Below are positions 28,455-42,005 of a stretch of 64,000 nucleotides of DNA, piece by piece. The translations under genes were made by a program, and so were the position numbers. How positions within the stretch are numbered: position 1 is the stretch's first letter; each line of letters starts with the position of its first letter. Source of the stretch: the human T2T-CHM13v2.0 reference genome, Homo sapiens. Location of the stretch: the NCBI RefSeq assembly GCF_009914755.1, contig NC_060936.1. One strand, 5' to 3'. The notes below the pieces were generated by a model. The model saw nothing but the letters and a program-made list of their open reading frames with translations. It was not told the origin of the DNA and did no database searches.

Positions 28455-29378
28455 CCTAAACATTTCCCAGTAACAGGTTAAAATTTTTGCTAATACCTTG
28501 TTATAGGTGGGTAAATATTTTCTTCCTTTAATATTGCCATTTCTGTTTTATTTTTTATTTTTTTTTTGTGGGTACACAGTAGATGCATATATTTATGAGG
28601 TATATGAGATATTTTGATACAGGTATAAATGCATAACAATCACAACAGAGTAAATGGGATATCCATCACTTCAAGTATTTATTCTTTGTTTCACAAACAA
28701 TCCAATTATACCCTTTTAGTTATTTTTAAATGTACAAAAATTATTGTTGACTGCAAAAGCCCTCTTATGCTATCAAATACTAGATTTTATTCATTCTGTC
28801 TGACCATAGTTTTCTGTTCATTAACCATCCCCACTGTCCCACTACCACCACTACATTTCCCAGCCACTGGTAGCCACCACTCTAAGCCATCTTCATGAAT
28901 TCAATTGTTTTCATTTTTAGCTTCTACACGAGTGAGAATTCACAAAGTTTATTATTCTGTGCTTGGTTTATTTCACTTTACCTGATGACCTTCAACTCCA
29001 TCCATGTTGTTGCAAATGACAGGATCTCATTCGTTTTCATGGCTAAATAGCACACCATTCTGTATATATATCATATTTACTTCATCCATTATCTGTTGAT
29101 GGACACTTAGGTTGATTTCAAATGTTGGCTTTCATGAATAGTGCTGCAATAAACATGCAAGTGCAGATGTCTTAAATATACTGATTTCCTTTCTTTGGGG
29201 AATATACCTAGCAGCGGGATTGCTGGATCATATGGTAGCTATATTTTTAGTTTTTTGAAGAACCTCCAAACTGTTCTCCATAGTGGTTGCACTAATTTAC
29301 ACTCCCACCAACAATATATGAGAGTTCTCTTTTCTTCACATTCTTGTCTGCATTTGTTTTTGCCTGTCTTTTGGATAA

Positions 29379-29742
<364 letters not shown>

Positions 29743-31026
29743 TCATGGTAGTTTTGATTTGCATTTCTCTGATAATCAGTGATGTTGAGCACTTGTTCAT
29801 AAACCTGTTTGCCATTTGTATGTCTTCTTTGAGAAATGTCTATTCATATTTTTTGCTCATTTTTAATTGTAATATTAGACTTTTTCCTATAGACTTGAGT
29901 CTGTTATATATTATGCTTACTAATCCCTTGTCAGATAGTTTGCAAATAATTTCTCCCATTCTGTGAGTTGTCTCTTCACTTTGTTGATTGTCTCCTTTGC
30001 TGTGCAGAAGCTTTTCAACTTGCAGGGAGGGAAAGAAGCTTTTATTTTAAGTGACCCCATTTTTTCATTTTTGCTTTTGTTGCTTATGCTTGTGGAATAT
30101 AATGTAAGAAATATTTGCATAGTCCAATGTCCTGGAGAGTTTCCTCAATGTTTTCATGTAGTATTAATAGTTTTACAGTTTGATGAGTTAGTTTTAAGCT
30201 GTTAACTCATTTTGATTTTATTTTTTTATCTGGCAAGTGATAGGGGTCAACTTTCATCCTTCTGCATGTGGATATCCAGTTTTCCCAGCAACATTTATTG
30301 AATAGACTGTTCTTTTCCCAATGTATGCACTTGGCAACATATCAAAATGAGTTCACTGTAGATGTATGGATTTAGTTCTGGGTTCCCTATTCTGTTTCAT
30401 TGGTCTATTTTCCTATTTTCATGCCAGTACCATTCCGTTTTGGTTACTATAGCTTTGTAGTATAATTTGAAGTCAGGTAATGTGATTCCTCCAGTTCTTT
30501 TCTTTTTGTCCAGGATAGCTTTGGCTATTCTGGGTCATTTGTGGTTCCATATAAATTTTAGAATTTTTTTTTCTATTTCTGTGAAGAATGTCATTTGTAC
30601 TTTCATAGCGATTGCTTTGAATCTGTAGATTGCATTAAGTAGTGTGAACATTTTAACAATGTTGATTTCTTCAATCCATGAACCTAAAATATCTTTCCAT
30701 TTGTTGGTGTCCTTTTCAGTTATTTCTTTCATCAATATTTTATAGTTTTCAATGTAGAGATATTTTACTTCTTTGGTTGATTCCTAGATATTTAATTTTA
30801 TTTGTAGCTGTTGTAAATGGAATTATATTCTTGATTTCTTTTTCAGATTGTTTGCTTTTGGCATATAGAAATGCTAATGATTTTTGTATGTTGATTTGGT
30901 TTCCTGCAACTTTACTGAATTTGCTTATCAGTTCTAATAGTTTTCTTGTGGTGTCTTCAGGTTTTTCCTAATATAAGATCATTTCATCTCAAACAAGAAT
31001 AATTTGACTTCTCCCTTTTCAATTTG

Positions 31027-32106
31027 TGTTGCAGGAAGTCAGGGACCCCGAACTGAGGGACTGGCTGGAGCCATGGCAGGGGAACATAAATTGTGAAGAT
31101 TTCATTTTAATATGGACATTTATTAGTTCCCAAATAATGCTTTTATAATTTCTTATGCCTGTCTTTAATCTCTTAATCCTGTTATCTTCATAAGCTGAGG
31201 GTATGCCTCACCTCAGGACCACTGTGATAATTGTGTTAACTGTACAAATTGATTGTGAAACATGTGTGTTTGAACAATAAGAAATCAGTGCACCTTGAAA
31301 AAGAATGGAATAACAACGAATTTTAGGAAACAAGGGAAGACAACCATAAGGTCTGACTGCCTGTGGGGTCAGGCAAAAAGAGCCATATTTTTCTTCTTGC
31401 AAAGAGACTATAAACTGATGTGCAAGTAGGATAGATATTGCTAAATTCTTTTCCTAGCAAGGAATATTAGTATTAATACCTTGGGAAAGCAATGCATTCC
31501 TGGGGGGAGGTCTATAAACAGGCGCTCTGGGAATGTCTGTCTTATGTGGTTGAGATAAGGAATGAGATACGCCCTGGTCTCCTGCAGTACCCTCAGGCTT
31601 ACTAGGGTGGGGAAAATCTCCGCCCTGGTAAATTTGTGGTCAGACCAGTTCTCTGCTCTCAAACTCTGTTTTCTGTTGTTTAAGATGTTTATCAAGACAA
31701 TATACACACCGCTGAACGTAGACCCTTATCAGTAGTTCTGCTTTTGCCCTTTGCCTTGTGATCTTTGTTGGACCCTTATCAGTAGCTCTGCTTTTGCCCT
31801 TTGTCCTGTTCCCTTAGAAGCATGTGATCTTTGTTAGACCCTTATTAGTAGTTCTGCTTTTGCCCTTTGAAGCATGCAATCTTCGTACCTACTCCCTGTT
31901 CCTACACCCCCTCCCCTTTTTAAAACACTTAATAAAAACTTGCTGGTTTGAGGCTCAGGTGGGCATCATGGTCCTACCAATATGTGATGTCACCCCCGGT
32001 GGCCCAGCTATAAAACTCCTCTCTTTGTACTGTCTCTCTTTATTTCTCAGCCAGCCAACACTCATGGAAAATAGAAAGAACCTACGTTGGGTGGGTTCCC
32101 TCAATA
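31027..32106 (+). mobile_element. MER11 solo LTR (HERV-K11/HML-8) nested in L1MA ORF2
   Basis: Start 'tgttgcaggaagtcagggaccccgaac', end 'gggttccctcaata'; internal tandem 'gacccttatcagtagttctgcttttgccc' repeats; 6-bp TSD aatttg/aattta; host L1 resumes after it. Confidence 0.92.
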
Positions 32107-32388
32107 AATTTAGATGTCCTTTATATTTCTTTCTCTTGTCTGATTTCTCTGGCTAGGACTTCCAGTACTAAGTTCAGTAACAGTGGTAAAGTGGGCATCC
32201 TTGTTGTGTTTCAGATCTTACAGGAAAGGCTTTCAGTTTTTCCCCATTCAGTGTGATACTAACTGTTGATCTGTCATACATGACAATACATATTGAGATA
32301 TGTTCTTTCTATATAAAGTTTTTTTAGAGTCTTTATCATGAAGGAATATTGGTTTTTATCAAATGCTTTTCATAAATAATTAAAGTGA

Positions 32389-32985
32389 TTTTTTTTTTTT
32401 AATTTTACTTTAAGTTCTGGGATACATGTGCAGAACATCCAGGTTTGTTAAATAGATATACGTGTACCATGGTGGTTTGCTGCACCTGTTGACCAATCCT
32501 CTGAGTTCTCTCCACTCACCCCCCACCTCCCAACAGGCCCTGGTGTGTGTCGTTCCCCTCCCTGTGTCCATGTGTTCTCAAAGTTCAACTCCCACTTATG
32601 AGTGAGAACATGCTGTATTTGGTTTTCTGTTACTATGTTAGTTTGCTAAGGATGATGGCTTCCAGCTTCATCCATATCCCAGCAAAGGACATGATCTCGT
32701 TCCTTTTTATGGCTGCATAGTCCATGGTGTATATGTACCACATTTTCTTTATCTAGTCTATCACTGATGAACATTTGGGTTGGTTCCATGTGTTTGCTAT
32801 TGTAAATAGTGCTGCAGTAAACATAAATGTGCATGTGTCTTTATAGTAGAATGTTTTATATTCCTTTGGGTATTGACCCAGTAATGGGATTGCTGAGTCA
32901 AATGGTATTTCTAGTTCTAGATCCTTGAGGAATTGCCATACTCTCTTCCACAATGGTTGAACTAATTTACATTCCCACCAACAGT
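32389..32985 (-). mobile_element. 5'-truncated L1PA 3' end (L1PA8A/L1PA10-like) nested in L1MA
   Basis: Poly-T then 'tactttaagttctgggatacatgtgcagaac'; ORF2 C-terminus '[23 protein letters not shown]'. Confidence 0.9.
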
Positions 32986-34084
32986 GGGTTTTTGGTCCTT
33001 CATTATATTTATATGATGTATCGGAATGATTGATTTGTGTATGTTGAACCATCCTTGCATGTCAGGGATAAATCCCACTTGGTCATGATGAATGATCTTT
33101 TCAGTGTGATGTTGAATTCAGTTTGCTAGTATTTTGTTGAGGATTTTTGCATCAATGTTTATCAGCCTGTAGTTTTCTTTTTTTGATGTGTCTTTGTCTA
33201 GTTTTGGTATCAGAATAATACTGGCCTCATAGAATGGTTGGAAATATTTCCTCCTCTTCAGTTTTTAAAATAGTTTGAGTGGTACTGGTATTATTTCTTC
33301 TTTAAATGTTTGGTAAAATTTAGCAGTGAAGGCATTGGGTTCTTGTCTTTTCTTTGCTGGCAGATGTGTTATTACAGCTTCAATCCTGCTTGTTACTGGT
33401 ATGCTCAGGTTTTGGATTTTATCCTGGTTAAATCTTGGTAGGTTGTATGTGTCTAGGAATTTATTAATTTCTTCTATGTTTTCCAATCTATTGGCATGTA
33501 GCTCATAGTACCCTCTAATGATCCTTTACATTCCTGTGATATGAGTTGTAATGTCTTGTTTTTCCTCTCTGATTTTATCTATTTGGATCTTCTTTTATTC
33601 TTAGTCTGGCTAAAGGTTTGTCAAATTTGTATATATTTTCAAAAAATATGACTTTTCGTTTTGTTGATATTTTGTTTGTGTTCTTCATTCGAATTTCATT
33701 TATTTTTTGCTGTAATCACTATTATTTCTTTTCTTCTACTCATTTAGGGTTTGATTTGCTCTTGCTTTTCTAGTTCTTTGGATGTATTGTTAGATTGTTT
33801 ATTGTTTTCTACTTTGTTGATGTAGGCTATTATAGCTGTAAACTTTTTTCTTAGAAGTGCTTTCACTGTATCCCAGAGGTTTTGGTATGTTGCATCTTCA
33901 TTATCATTTGTTTCAAGAAATTTTTTTATTTCCTTCTTAATTTCATCATTGGCTAACTAGTCATTCAGAAGCATATTGTTTAATTTCCATGTGTTTATAC
34001 GGTTTTCAAAATTCCTCTTGTTATTGATTTCTAATTATATTCCATTGTACTCAGAGAAGATACTTGATACAATTTTAATTTTTT

Positions 34085-34279
34085 TTAATTTTGAAGACCT
34101 TTTTTATGGCCTAACATATGGTCTATCCTTGAGAATGATCCATGTGTTGAGGAGAAGAATGTGTATCCTACAGCTGATGGATAATATGTTCTGTAAATAT
34201 TTATTAAATCCATTTGTTCTATAGTGTGAATTAAGTCTGATGTTTCTTTGTTGATTTTTTGTCTAAGTGATCTGTCCAA
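34085..34279 (-). pseudogene. L1 ORF2 endonuclease-domain remnant
   Basis: MDRSLRQKINKET..MDLINIYRT..YTFFSSTHGSFSRIDHMLGHK matches L1 EN motifs; broken by stops and frameshifts. Confidence 0.9.
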
Positions 34280-35368
34280 TGCTGAAAGTGTAGTGCTTAA
34301 GTTTCTAGCTATTAGTATATTGGAGTCTATCTCTTTGTAGCTGCTCTAATGTTACTTGCTTTATATATCTGGGTGTTCCAGTGTTGGATGAATATATATT
34401 TACAGTTGTTATATTCTCTTACTGAAGTGTGTCATTATATAATGACTGTCTTTGTCTCTCTTTATAGTTTTTGTATATAAATCTGCTTTGTCTGATATAA
34501 GTATAGCTACTCCTGCTCTTTTTATTTTTTCCATTTACATGAAATATATTTTTTCAAGTCTTTATTTTTTATCTATGTGCATCTTTATGGGTGAATTGTG
34601 TTTCTTGCAGGTAACAGACATTGGGTCTTCATTTTTTAATTCATTCACCCAATTTATGTCTTTTGATTGGAGTGTTTATTCCACTTGCATTCAATGTTAT
34701 TATTGATAAGAACTTACTTCTGACATTTTATTTCTTTTCTGATTGTTTTGTGGTCTTCTCTTCCTTTTTTTCTTCCTTCCTGTCTTCCTTTCAGTGAGGA
34801 TGATTTCCTCTGGTGGTGTTTTAATTTCTTGCTTTTTATTTTCTGTGGATCTGTTTTATGTTTTTTGATTTGAGGTTACTGTGAGTCTTATAAATAATGC
34901 CTTATAACCCATTATTTTAAACTGATGACAACTTAGCATCGATTGTATAAACAAACAAACAAGTGAAGAGAAAACTAAGTAAAATTCTACCCTTTAACTT
35001 CATCCCCCATTTTTTAACTTTTTGTTGTTCTATTTATATATTATTGTGCTGTCTATAATCTTGAAAAGTTGTTGTAGTAGTTATTACTTTTGTTGATTCA
35101 TCATTAGTCTTTCTATTCAAAGTATAAGTAGCTTACATGCCACTATTACAGTGTCATAATTTTCTGTTTTTCTGTGTGCTTACTATTACTACTGAGTTTT
35201 ATACCTTCGGATAATTTATTTTTGCTCATAAATGTCCTTTTCATTCAGGTTGAAGCGTTCTCTTAAGCATTTTCTCCTAGGAACATCTGGCATTGATTAA
35301 ATCATTCCGCTTTCATTTGTCTGGGAAAGTCTGTTTCTCCTTCATTTTTGAAGGGTATTTTTGCTATA

Positions 35369-35417
35369 TATACTATACTATACTATACTATACTATACTA
35401 TACTATACTATACTATA
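35369..35417. repeat. (TATAC)n pentanucleotide microsatellite inside L1 ORF1
   Basis: About 10 perfect units. Confidence 0.95.
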
Positions 35418-35724
35418 GGGTAAAAGGGTTTCTTTTTTTGTTTGTTTGTTTTTGTTTTTCCTTCAGCACTTTAAATATGTCATGCAACTCTCTCCTAGCT
35501 TGTAAGGTTTCCACTGAAAAGTCTGCTGTCAGACATATTGAAGTTCCATTGTATGTTATTTGCTTCTTTTCTCTTGCTGTATTTAGGATCCTTTCTTTAT
35601 CCTTGACTTTTGAGAGTTTGATTACTAAATTTCTTGAGGTTGCCTTCTTTGGGCTAAATCTGCTTGGCGTTTTATAACTTTCAATCACAACGTCTATCTC
35701 TAGGTTTGGGAAGTACTCTATCAT
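35413..35724 (-). pseudogene. L1 ORF1p remnant (RRM/CTD region)
   Basis: 'KVKDKERILNTAREKKQITYNG..LTADFSVETLQARRE..IFKVLKEK' matches L1 ORF1p. Confidence 0.92.
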
Positions 35725-38700
35725 TATAACTTCAAATTAACTTTTTACCCCTATCTCTCTCTCTGCCTCCTCTTTAGGCCAATAACTCAATTTGCTTTAA
35801 GGCTATTTTCTAGAACCTGTAGGCATACTTCATTCTTTTTATTCTTTTTGTTTTGTCTCCTCTGATTGTGTATTTTCAAGTAAACTGTCTTAAAGCTCAC
35901 TGATTTTTTCTTCTGCTTGATTAATTCTGCTGTTAAGAGACTCTGATGCATTTTTCAGTATGTCAATTGCATTTTTCACCTCTGGAATTTCTGCTTGATT
36001 TTTATTAATTATTTCACATTATATGTTAAATTTATCTGATAGATTCTGAATTCCTTCTCCATGTTATCTTGAATTTCATTAAGTTTCCTCAAAGCAGTTA
36101 TTTTGAATTCTCTCTCTGAAAGGGTGCATATTTCTGTCTCTCCAGGACTGGTCCTACATGACTTATTTAGTTCATATGGTGAGGTCATGTTTTCCTTGAT
36201 GGTCTTGATGCTTGTGGATGTTCATCGGTATCTGGGCATTGAAGAAGTAGATATTTATTGTAGTCTTCACAGTCTGGGCCTGTTTGTACCTACACTACTT
36301 GGGAAGGTTTTCCAGGTATTTGAAGGGACATGCATGTTTTTGTAATCTAAGTTTTTGTTCACTGCAGTCCTCTTTGCATTAGGGGGCACCCCAAACCCAG
36401 TAATGCTGTGGCTCTTGCAGATTCATAGAGGTACTGACTTGATGGTCTTTAATAAAATTCAGAAAAAGTCTCTGGTTTACCAAACAGAGACTCTTCTTCT
36501 CTTCTCTTATTTTCTCCCAAACAAACAGAGTCTATCTCTGTGTTGAGCTGCCTGGAACTGGGGAAGGGGTGACATAAATAGCCCTGTGACCACCACTCCT
36601 GGTTTGCACTGGATCAGACCTGAAGCCAGCATATCAGTAGGTCTCACCCAAGGTCCATAGTAACCACTGCCTAGCTGCTGCCTATGTTAGCTCATGGCCC
36701 TAGGGCTTTACAATCATTGGCAAACTCAGCCAGGCTTGTGTCCTTCCATTCAGGGTGGTGGGTACCTTTTGGCCCTGGGTGGAACCAGAGATGCTATTCA
36801 GGAGCTAGGGCCTGGAGTTGGAAACATTAGGAATCTAGTGATTGTGGCTGAGCTGGCACCTGAGCCACAAGATAAAGTCTTTCCAATCTTCCCTTGCCTT
36901 TCCACAAACAGAGAAGTCTCTCTCATGGCTACCACCACCCTAGGCCAATGGAGAGTACTGCCTGGCTATCATCAATGTTAACTCAAGGCCTAAGGGTTCT
37001 TTCCTCAGCTCATGGTGAATGTTTCCAGGCCTGTGACTCTCCCTTCAGGGAGGTGGGCCTCACTCTTCCCCACAGCAGGTCCAAAAATGCTGTCCAAGAG
37101 TCAAGACCTGACATTGGGTATCCCAAGAGCCCACTTGGTGCTCTATCCCACTGTAGCTGAGATGATATCAAAGCTTCAAGACAAAGTTCCCTTTATTCTT
37201 CCCTCTTCTTTTCTCAAGCAGAAAGAGTCTCTCCCTGTAGCCACCACACCTGGAAATGTGCTGGGTTACACCTGAAACCAGCAGGTCTCTGAGTCAAACC
37301 CAAGGCTCAAGGCAAGTACTGCCTGACTACTGCTACTGACTATTCACAGCTCAGGGTGTCATTTGTCTGCAGATAATGAATCTTCCCAGGACTAGGTTCT
37401 TCTCTTCAATGTAGCAAGTTTCCTTTTGGCCCAGACAGTGTCTTGAAATGTCATCTGAGAGATAAGGCCTGGAATGGGGACCTCTGTACTCTGTCTGGTG
37501 CCCTATCCTACAGTGGCTGAGCTGGTATTCAAGTTGCAAGACAAAGTCCTGTTTACTCTTTCCTAGGCTTTCATCTAGCAGAAGCAAGTCATCTCTCTTG
37601 GAGCTGTGAGGTCTGCTGTCTGGGTTTGCGGAGGGGTGGTGCAAACACTCCCTTAGCTACCGTAGCTGCTATCTCACTAGGTCATGCACCCCTTAAGTCC
37701 ACTGGCTCCAAGCACAGCTGATTACTAGAACTTGCCCAGGAATTGCAGTCCTCATGGTCTAGACTGCCTTTCAGGTTTATTTAGAACCCTCGAGCACTTT
37801 AGCCTGCAATGGTGGGGCTTGCTGGAACTCAGGTTCCAGCAGCTGGGATGAACAATTCCCCTTCAGCTGGGGCTGGTCTAAATGCTCCCTCCATGGATGC
37901 TGGCTAAGTTCTGTCCTGTGTTGCTTTTTATTGTGACTGGGCAGCACTGAATTCCAATGCAAAGTCCCAGAATCACTGTGCTCTGTCTCCTCCAAGCACA
38001 CAGATTTTTTTCTCCATGCCATGCAACCTCTGCTCAGGGGATGGGGGAGAAGTGGCATCAGCAATTCAAGACTGTCTTTTGTACCCTCTTCAGTGCCTCT
38101 TTCAGCGATATGAAGTTAAAACCAGGTACTTTGATCACTCACCTGATTTTTGATTCTTATCAAGGTGCTTTTTGTGAGGATAGTTGTTCAATTTGGTGGA
38201 ACAAACTAGGAGGAGCATGATCAGTGGAGGCTTCTATTTGGCCATCTTGTTCTGTCTCCATCCTGCCATTTATTATTAAAGTCAGAACACAGATTAACAG
38301 AAATACTAGTAAAGAAAAAATACATATGCACATACCATTCAAACATTTCTGAACTCATCGACATATTTTTGCATATATACTTATTGTTCCCATAAAATAA
38401 TTAACTGCAGAAACCATCCTTCATATAGCCTTACCTAGAATGGTTTTATGAAAGTGAATGCTTACTGAATTCAAGCTTAAAGAACATATCGTCCTGACTT
38501 ACCAAAATTACATAGTGAAACTAGGAATAAAACCCAGGACCTAAACAACCTGCATTCCTTATATGTAATTTTGCATTAAATTAATTACAATACATTACAA
38601 TAAAAAATACCTATCCTGATTAGGAAAATATCAAGTGCCAATTCATATAAGCATATTGTCTTAGATTATGTTTGTGCATTCTTGTGTGAATTCACACATA

Positions 38701-39279
38701 CAAGCCTGCACATATGCTTAGTGTTTATCAAGCAGATGAGGAAGAAAATAAGTGTGTGAATAGGTATGAATAAGACACAATTTTTGCCTTGAAAACTCTT
38801 GTTTATCTTAGAAGCAGTTAAATCAAGAAAACTTATTTTCACCTTTGCATAAGTGATTTTGCTTAATATATTCTTAAACGCTTTAACAGAGAAACTCATA
38901 ATATAAAAAATCCAGTGGCCTTCAGTGCAACTCAGCAATACTCTCACCCATTCTCCGTTGACTTCCTACTAAATATCCCACCAAAGTAATTTCTAATTTC
39001 CTCTAATCTTCCCAGGTATCCTAATCTGCCCCTGCTTTTCTGTCCTACAAGCAGGTAACCCCTGTATTGATTTTATTGAGATTAAGGTCATCAGATAAGA
39101 ACTCCCTCAACTATCTTTCCCTTCCACTGAAATTGTGAATTATCACACAGGCATTTCTACAGTTCATCTTGCTTAAGGAGGACTGTCTTTTCTGATCTAA
39201 ACCACATTTCTTTCTGAGCTAAACTTTCTCCTTCTCAGTCTCCTGCTAGTTATTCTACATTTGATCCTCTCCATCTCTA

Positions 39280-39756
39280 CATGATTTCTCTGCCTTTTGC
39301 TGCCCTGCTGTAAGTTCCAGAAGTCTAGCCTCTTCAAGCTACATCACTCAGACACTCGGGCCCTCTGGTTTTCAGTGGGATTTAGACAATGGCAGTAACT
39401 GGAAGAAATCAGAGTATGGGAGGCAAAAGAGATCAGGCTATTTATTTCTCCATCCCTATACTTTTCCTGCTTTGCTACAATTCTAGCTGATTCTGTATGT
39501 GGTTTCTGGCTCCTGTGAGTGATACCTCTTGCTCTGCTTCAGCTCTCAGTTGGACTTGACTGAATCATTCCTTCTCTTCTTGCCCCCTTATGCCTAGGAA
39601 CTTAAGGGACTTCATGCTGTTACAAGTCCTTGGGTGCCTCTTCTACCCTTTTTTTATTCTCCTTCCCCTGTTCACACCCCTATGGACACTTCATTCCTTC
39701 CAAATAAATCCTTTTGAAAATGCCGTCTGTGTCCAACAGCTACCTTGACTGATCCA
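39280..39756 (+). mobile_element. LTR33-like ERVL LTR
   Basis: 'gccctctggttttcagtgggatttagacaatgg..gagatcaggctatttattt' and end 'tgccgtctgtgtcc..accttgactgatcca' resemble recalled LTR33. Confidence 0.65.
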
Positions 39757-40338
39757 AACTTCTTTCATCCTCTCTGGATTCAAATTGCAACTCTTTTTCT
39801 CACAGTTGTATAGTTTTTGTTTCATTGATTTGTAAATGTATTCAAGTTTCCTCCGTATTGTGAAGCCCTCTCTCAACTCTGTTACAGTTTTAAGTTGTTG
39901 CTCTATGAAAGTTTTTAAATTCTTTCTTCAAAGTGTTGTCTACAGATATTAAAATATGGTGTCTGTTCCACAAATATTTAAATATAATTATGCCTTATTT
40001 TTATTAATATGTAACAAAGCAAAGAAGACATAAATACCCAGCTTAACAGATTAATGGAGGATAATCACTCTGCAGTTCCCACTCAGATCAAGACATCAAA
40101 TATATCAGCTCCCTAAAAGCTTCCTACACAGGCCTTCTTGGTCATAAATTTCTTCCTGCTTCCTGTCTTAATACCTATCCTGAATATCATAGTATTTACT
40201 TCCTTTCTTTAGAATAGTACTACCAAAACATACATCAGTAAAGAAAGGTTAATTTTGCTATTTTTAAATTTTATATAATGAAATCATACAGTATGTATCC
40301 TACTGTGTTGGCTTCTTTCCCTTAACCTTATGCTTTCT

Positions 40339-40650
40339 GGCCAGGCGCAGTGGCTTACGCCTGTAATCCTAGCCCTTTTGGGCCAAGGCAAGGGATCGCT
40401 TGAGTCCAGGAGTTGGAGACTAGCCTGGGCAACATAGCAAGACCATCTCTACAACAACAAAATTTGCCAGGGGTGATGGTGGCACGTGTCTGTAACTTCA
40501 CCTACTTAGGAGACTGAGGTGGGAGGATCACTTGAGCCTGAAATGTCAAGGACACAGTGACTTGTGATTGTGCTACTCTACTCCAGCCTGGGTGGCAGAG
40601 CAAGACCCTATCTCCAAAAAAAAAAAGAAAGAAAAAGAAAAAGAAAAAAA
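40339..40650 (+). mobile_element. Alu (AluJo-like)
   Basis: 'ggatcgcttgagtccaggagtt..cctgggcaacatagcaagacc' and 'gaggtgggaggatcacttgagcct'; A-rich tail. Confidence 0.93.
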
Positions 40651-41558
40651 TTGCCTTTAAGATTCATGAATGTTTTGGTTTGGGTTATTTGTAGTTTTGA
40701 ACTATGCACTATGAACCTTCAAGCACATGTATGCTGGTAAATATAAATAAGCATTTCTATGGAGTTTATACCAGTGCATGAAATAGGCTGTACTATACTA
40801 TGTCTTCCAGATCTATGAGATATGACCAATTGTTTTCCAAAGTTATCTTAACAGTTTACAATCCTACCAGCAAATTGTAAGAACTCTATTGATCTATATC
40901 CTCGCCAACACTTAGTATTATTACACTATTGGATTTTTGCCATTCTGGTGACTCATGAGTTGTATCTTATTGTGATTTTCAGATTGTGTTTACTGCAGTG
41001 ATTACTAGTAAGCTTGAGCATTTTTTGAAGTGGTTTTTAAGATGTTTTTCCTTTTTTAGTTCATCTTTTGCTTCTGCTTTTAAAGAGTTTTTAGTATGTT
41101 CTGAGTATGTTTTTTATTGGTTATATATGTTGCAAATATATAGTTTTTCTGTCTGTGGATTGCCTTTATACTCTTAGCTACTGTCTTTTGATGAGCATGG
41201 TTTTAAATTTTAATGTAGTGTACTTGTCAGTCTTTCTATTTTTGCTTAATTTTTTTTTCATCTTGTTTAAGAAATCACTCTGTAGTCCCAAGCTCCTAAA
41301 GACTATATTAGGAATCTATTATACTATATTCTGGAACTTGTTTTGTATGCTTTTCAAATTTAGGTCTGTGATTCATCTGGAATTGATTGCATGTGCGTGT
41401 GTGTGTGTGTTTGTGTGTGTATTAAAGTAGGAATTTATTTAATTTTGTTTTTTCTTACAGATAACTAGTTTTTTCAAGATTTATTGAAATTACTATTTCC
41501 TTTAATGTTTTACAGAATTACCATTGTTAAAAGTTAAATGCTTATTTTTATGTGGCAA

Positions 41559-41606
41559 GCTCAAGCAGCCCTCCCATCTCAGTCTCCTAAGTAGGTGAGA
41601 CTACAG
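41559..41606 (-). mobile_element. Isolated internal AluJ-type fragment
   Basis: 'gctcaagcagccctcccatctcagtctcctaagtaggtgagactacag' resembles antisense Alu right arm; no tail or TSD. Confidence 0.75.
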
Positions 41607-41967
41607 CAAAGAAGCTCATTTTGTGAGTTCTATTATGGTCATTCATATCTTTGCCTTTTCACTAATACCACCTGCTCTTAATTATTGTGTCTTTATAACT
41701 ATCATTGATACTTATAGAGCAAGTCGTATATTCTTGATTTTTGTCTTCAAGCTGCCTTAGCTTTTTTTAGCCCTCCACACTTCCACAAAAATTTTAGAGT
41801 TTGTTTTCAAGTTCCTAAAAAAAAAAAAAAAAGGAATTTTGCGGTATTTTTATTATAATTGTATCAAATCTATAGATCAATTTGGAGAGAGTTGATACAA
41901 TTCCAACATTAAATTGCCCAACTCGTGAGCCTATAAATATGAAGCATTTTGTTAATTTCTAAATTAG

Positions 41968-42005
41968 CCTTGCACAGGGCCATGCTAATCTCTGTATTGT
42001 TCCAA
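41968..42005 (-). pseudogene. U6 snRNA internal fragment
   Basis: ccttgcacagggccatgctaatctctgtattgttccaa aligns to U6 reverse complement CCTTGCGCAGGGGCCATGCTAATCTTCTCTGTATCGTTCCAA with two CpG-type changes and small deletions. Confidence 0.85.

Larger units (their letters stand above)
39990..41960 (-). mobile_element. Ancient L1 (L1ME/L1MC-like) 3' part, interrupted by AluJ
   Basis: Antisense L1 motifs 'aatgaaatcatacagtatgta', 'tatcctcgccaacactt', 'aaatctatagatcaatttggagaga'. Confidence 0.75.

Noticed and set aside
27996-28481. 155-aa K/E/R-rich and F/L/S-rich ORFs
   Set aside because: Translations of the GA microsatellite and Alu end; stop-free only because of composition.
31720-31870. Repeat-spacer-like array resembling CRISPR
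   Set aside because: It is the internal tandem repeat of the MER11 LTR in eukaryotic DNA; spacers are related to each other and there are no cas genes.
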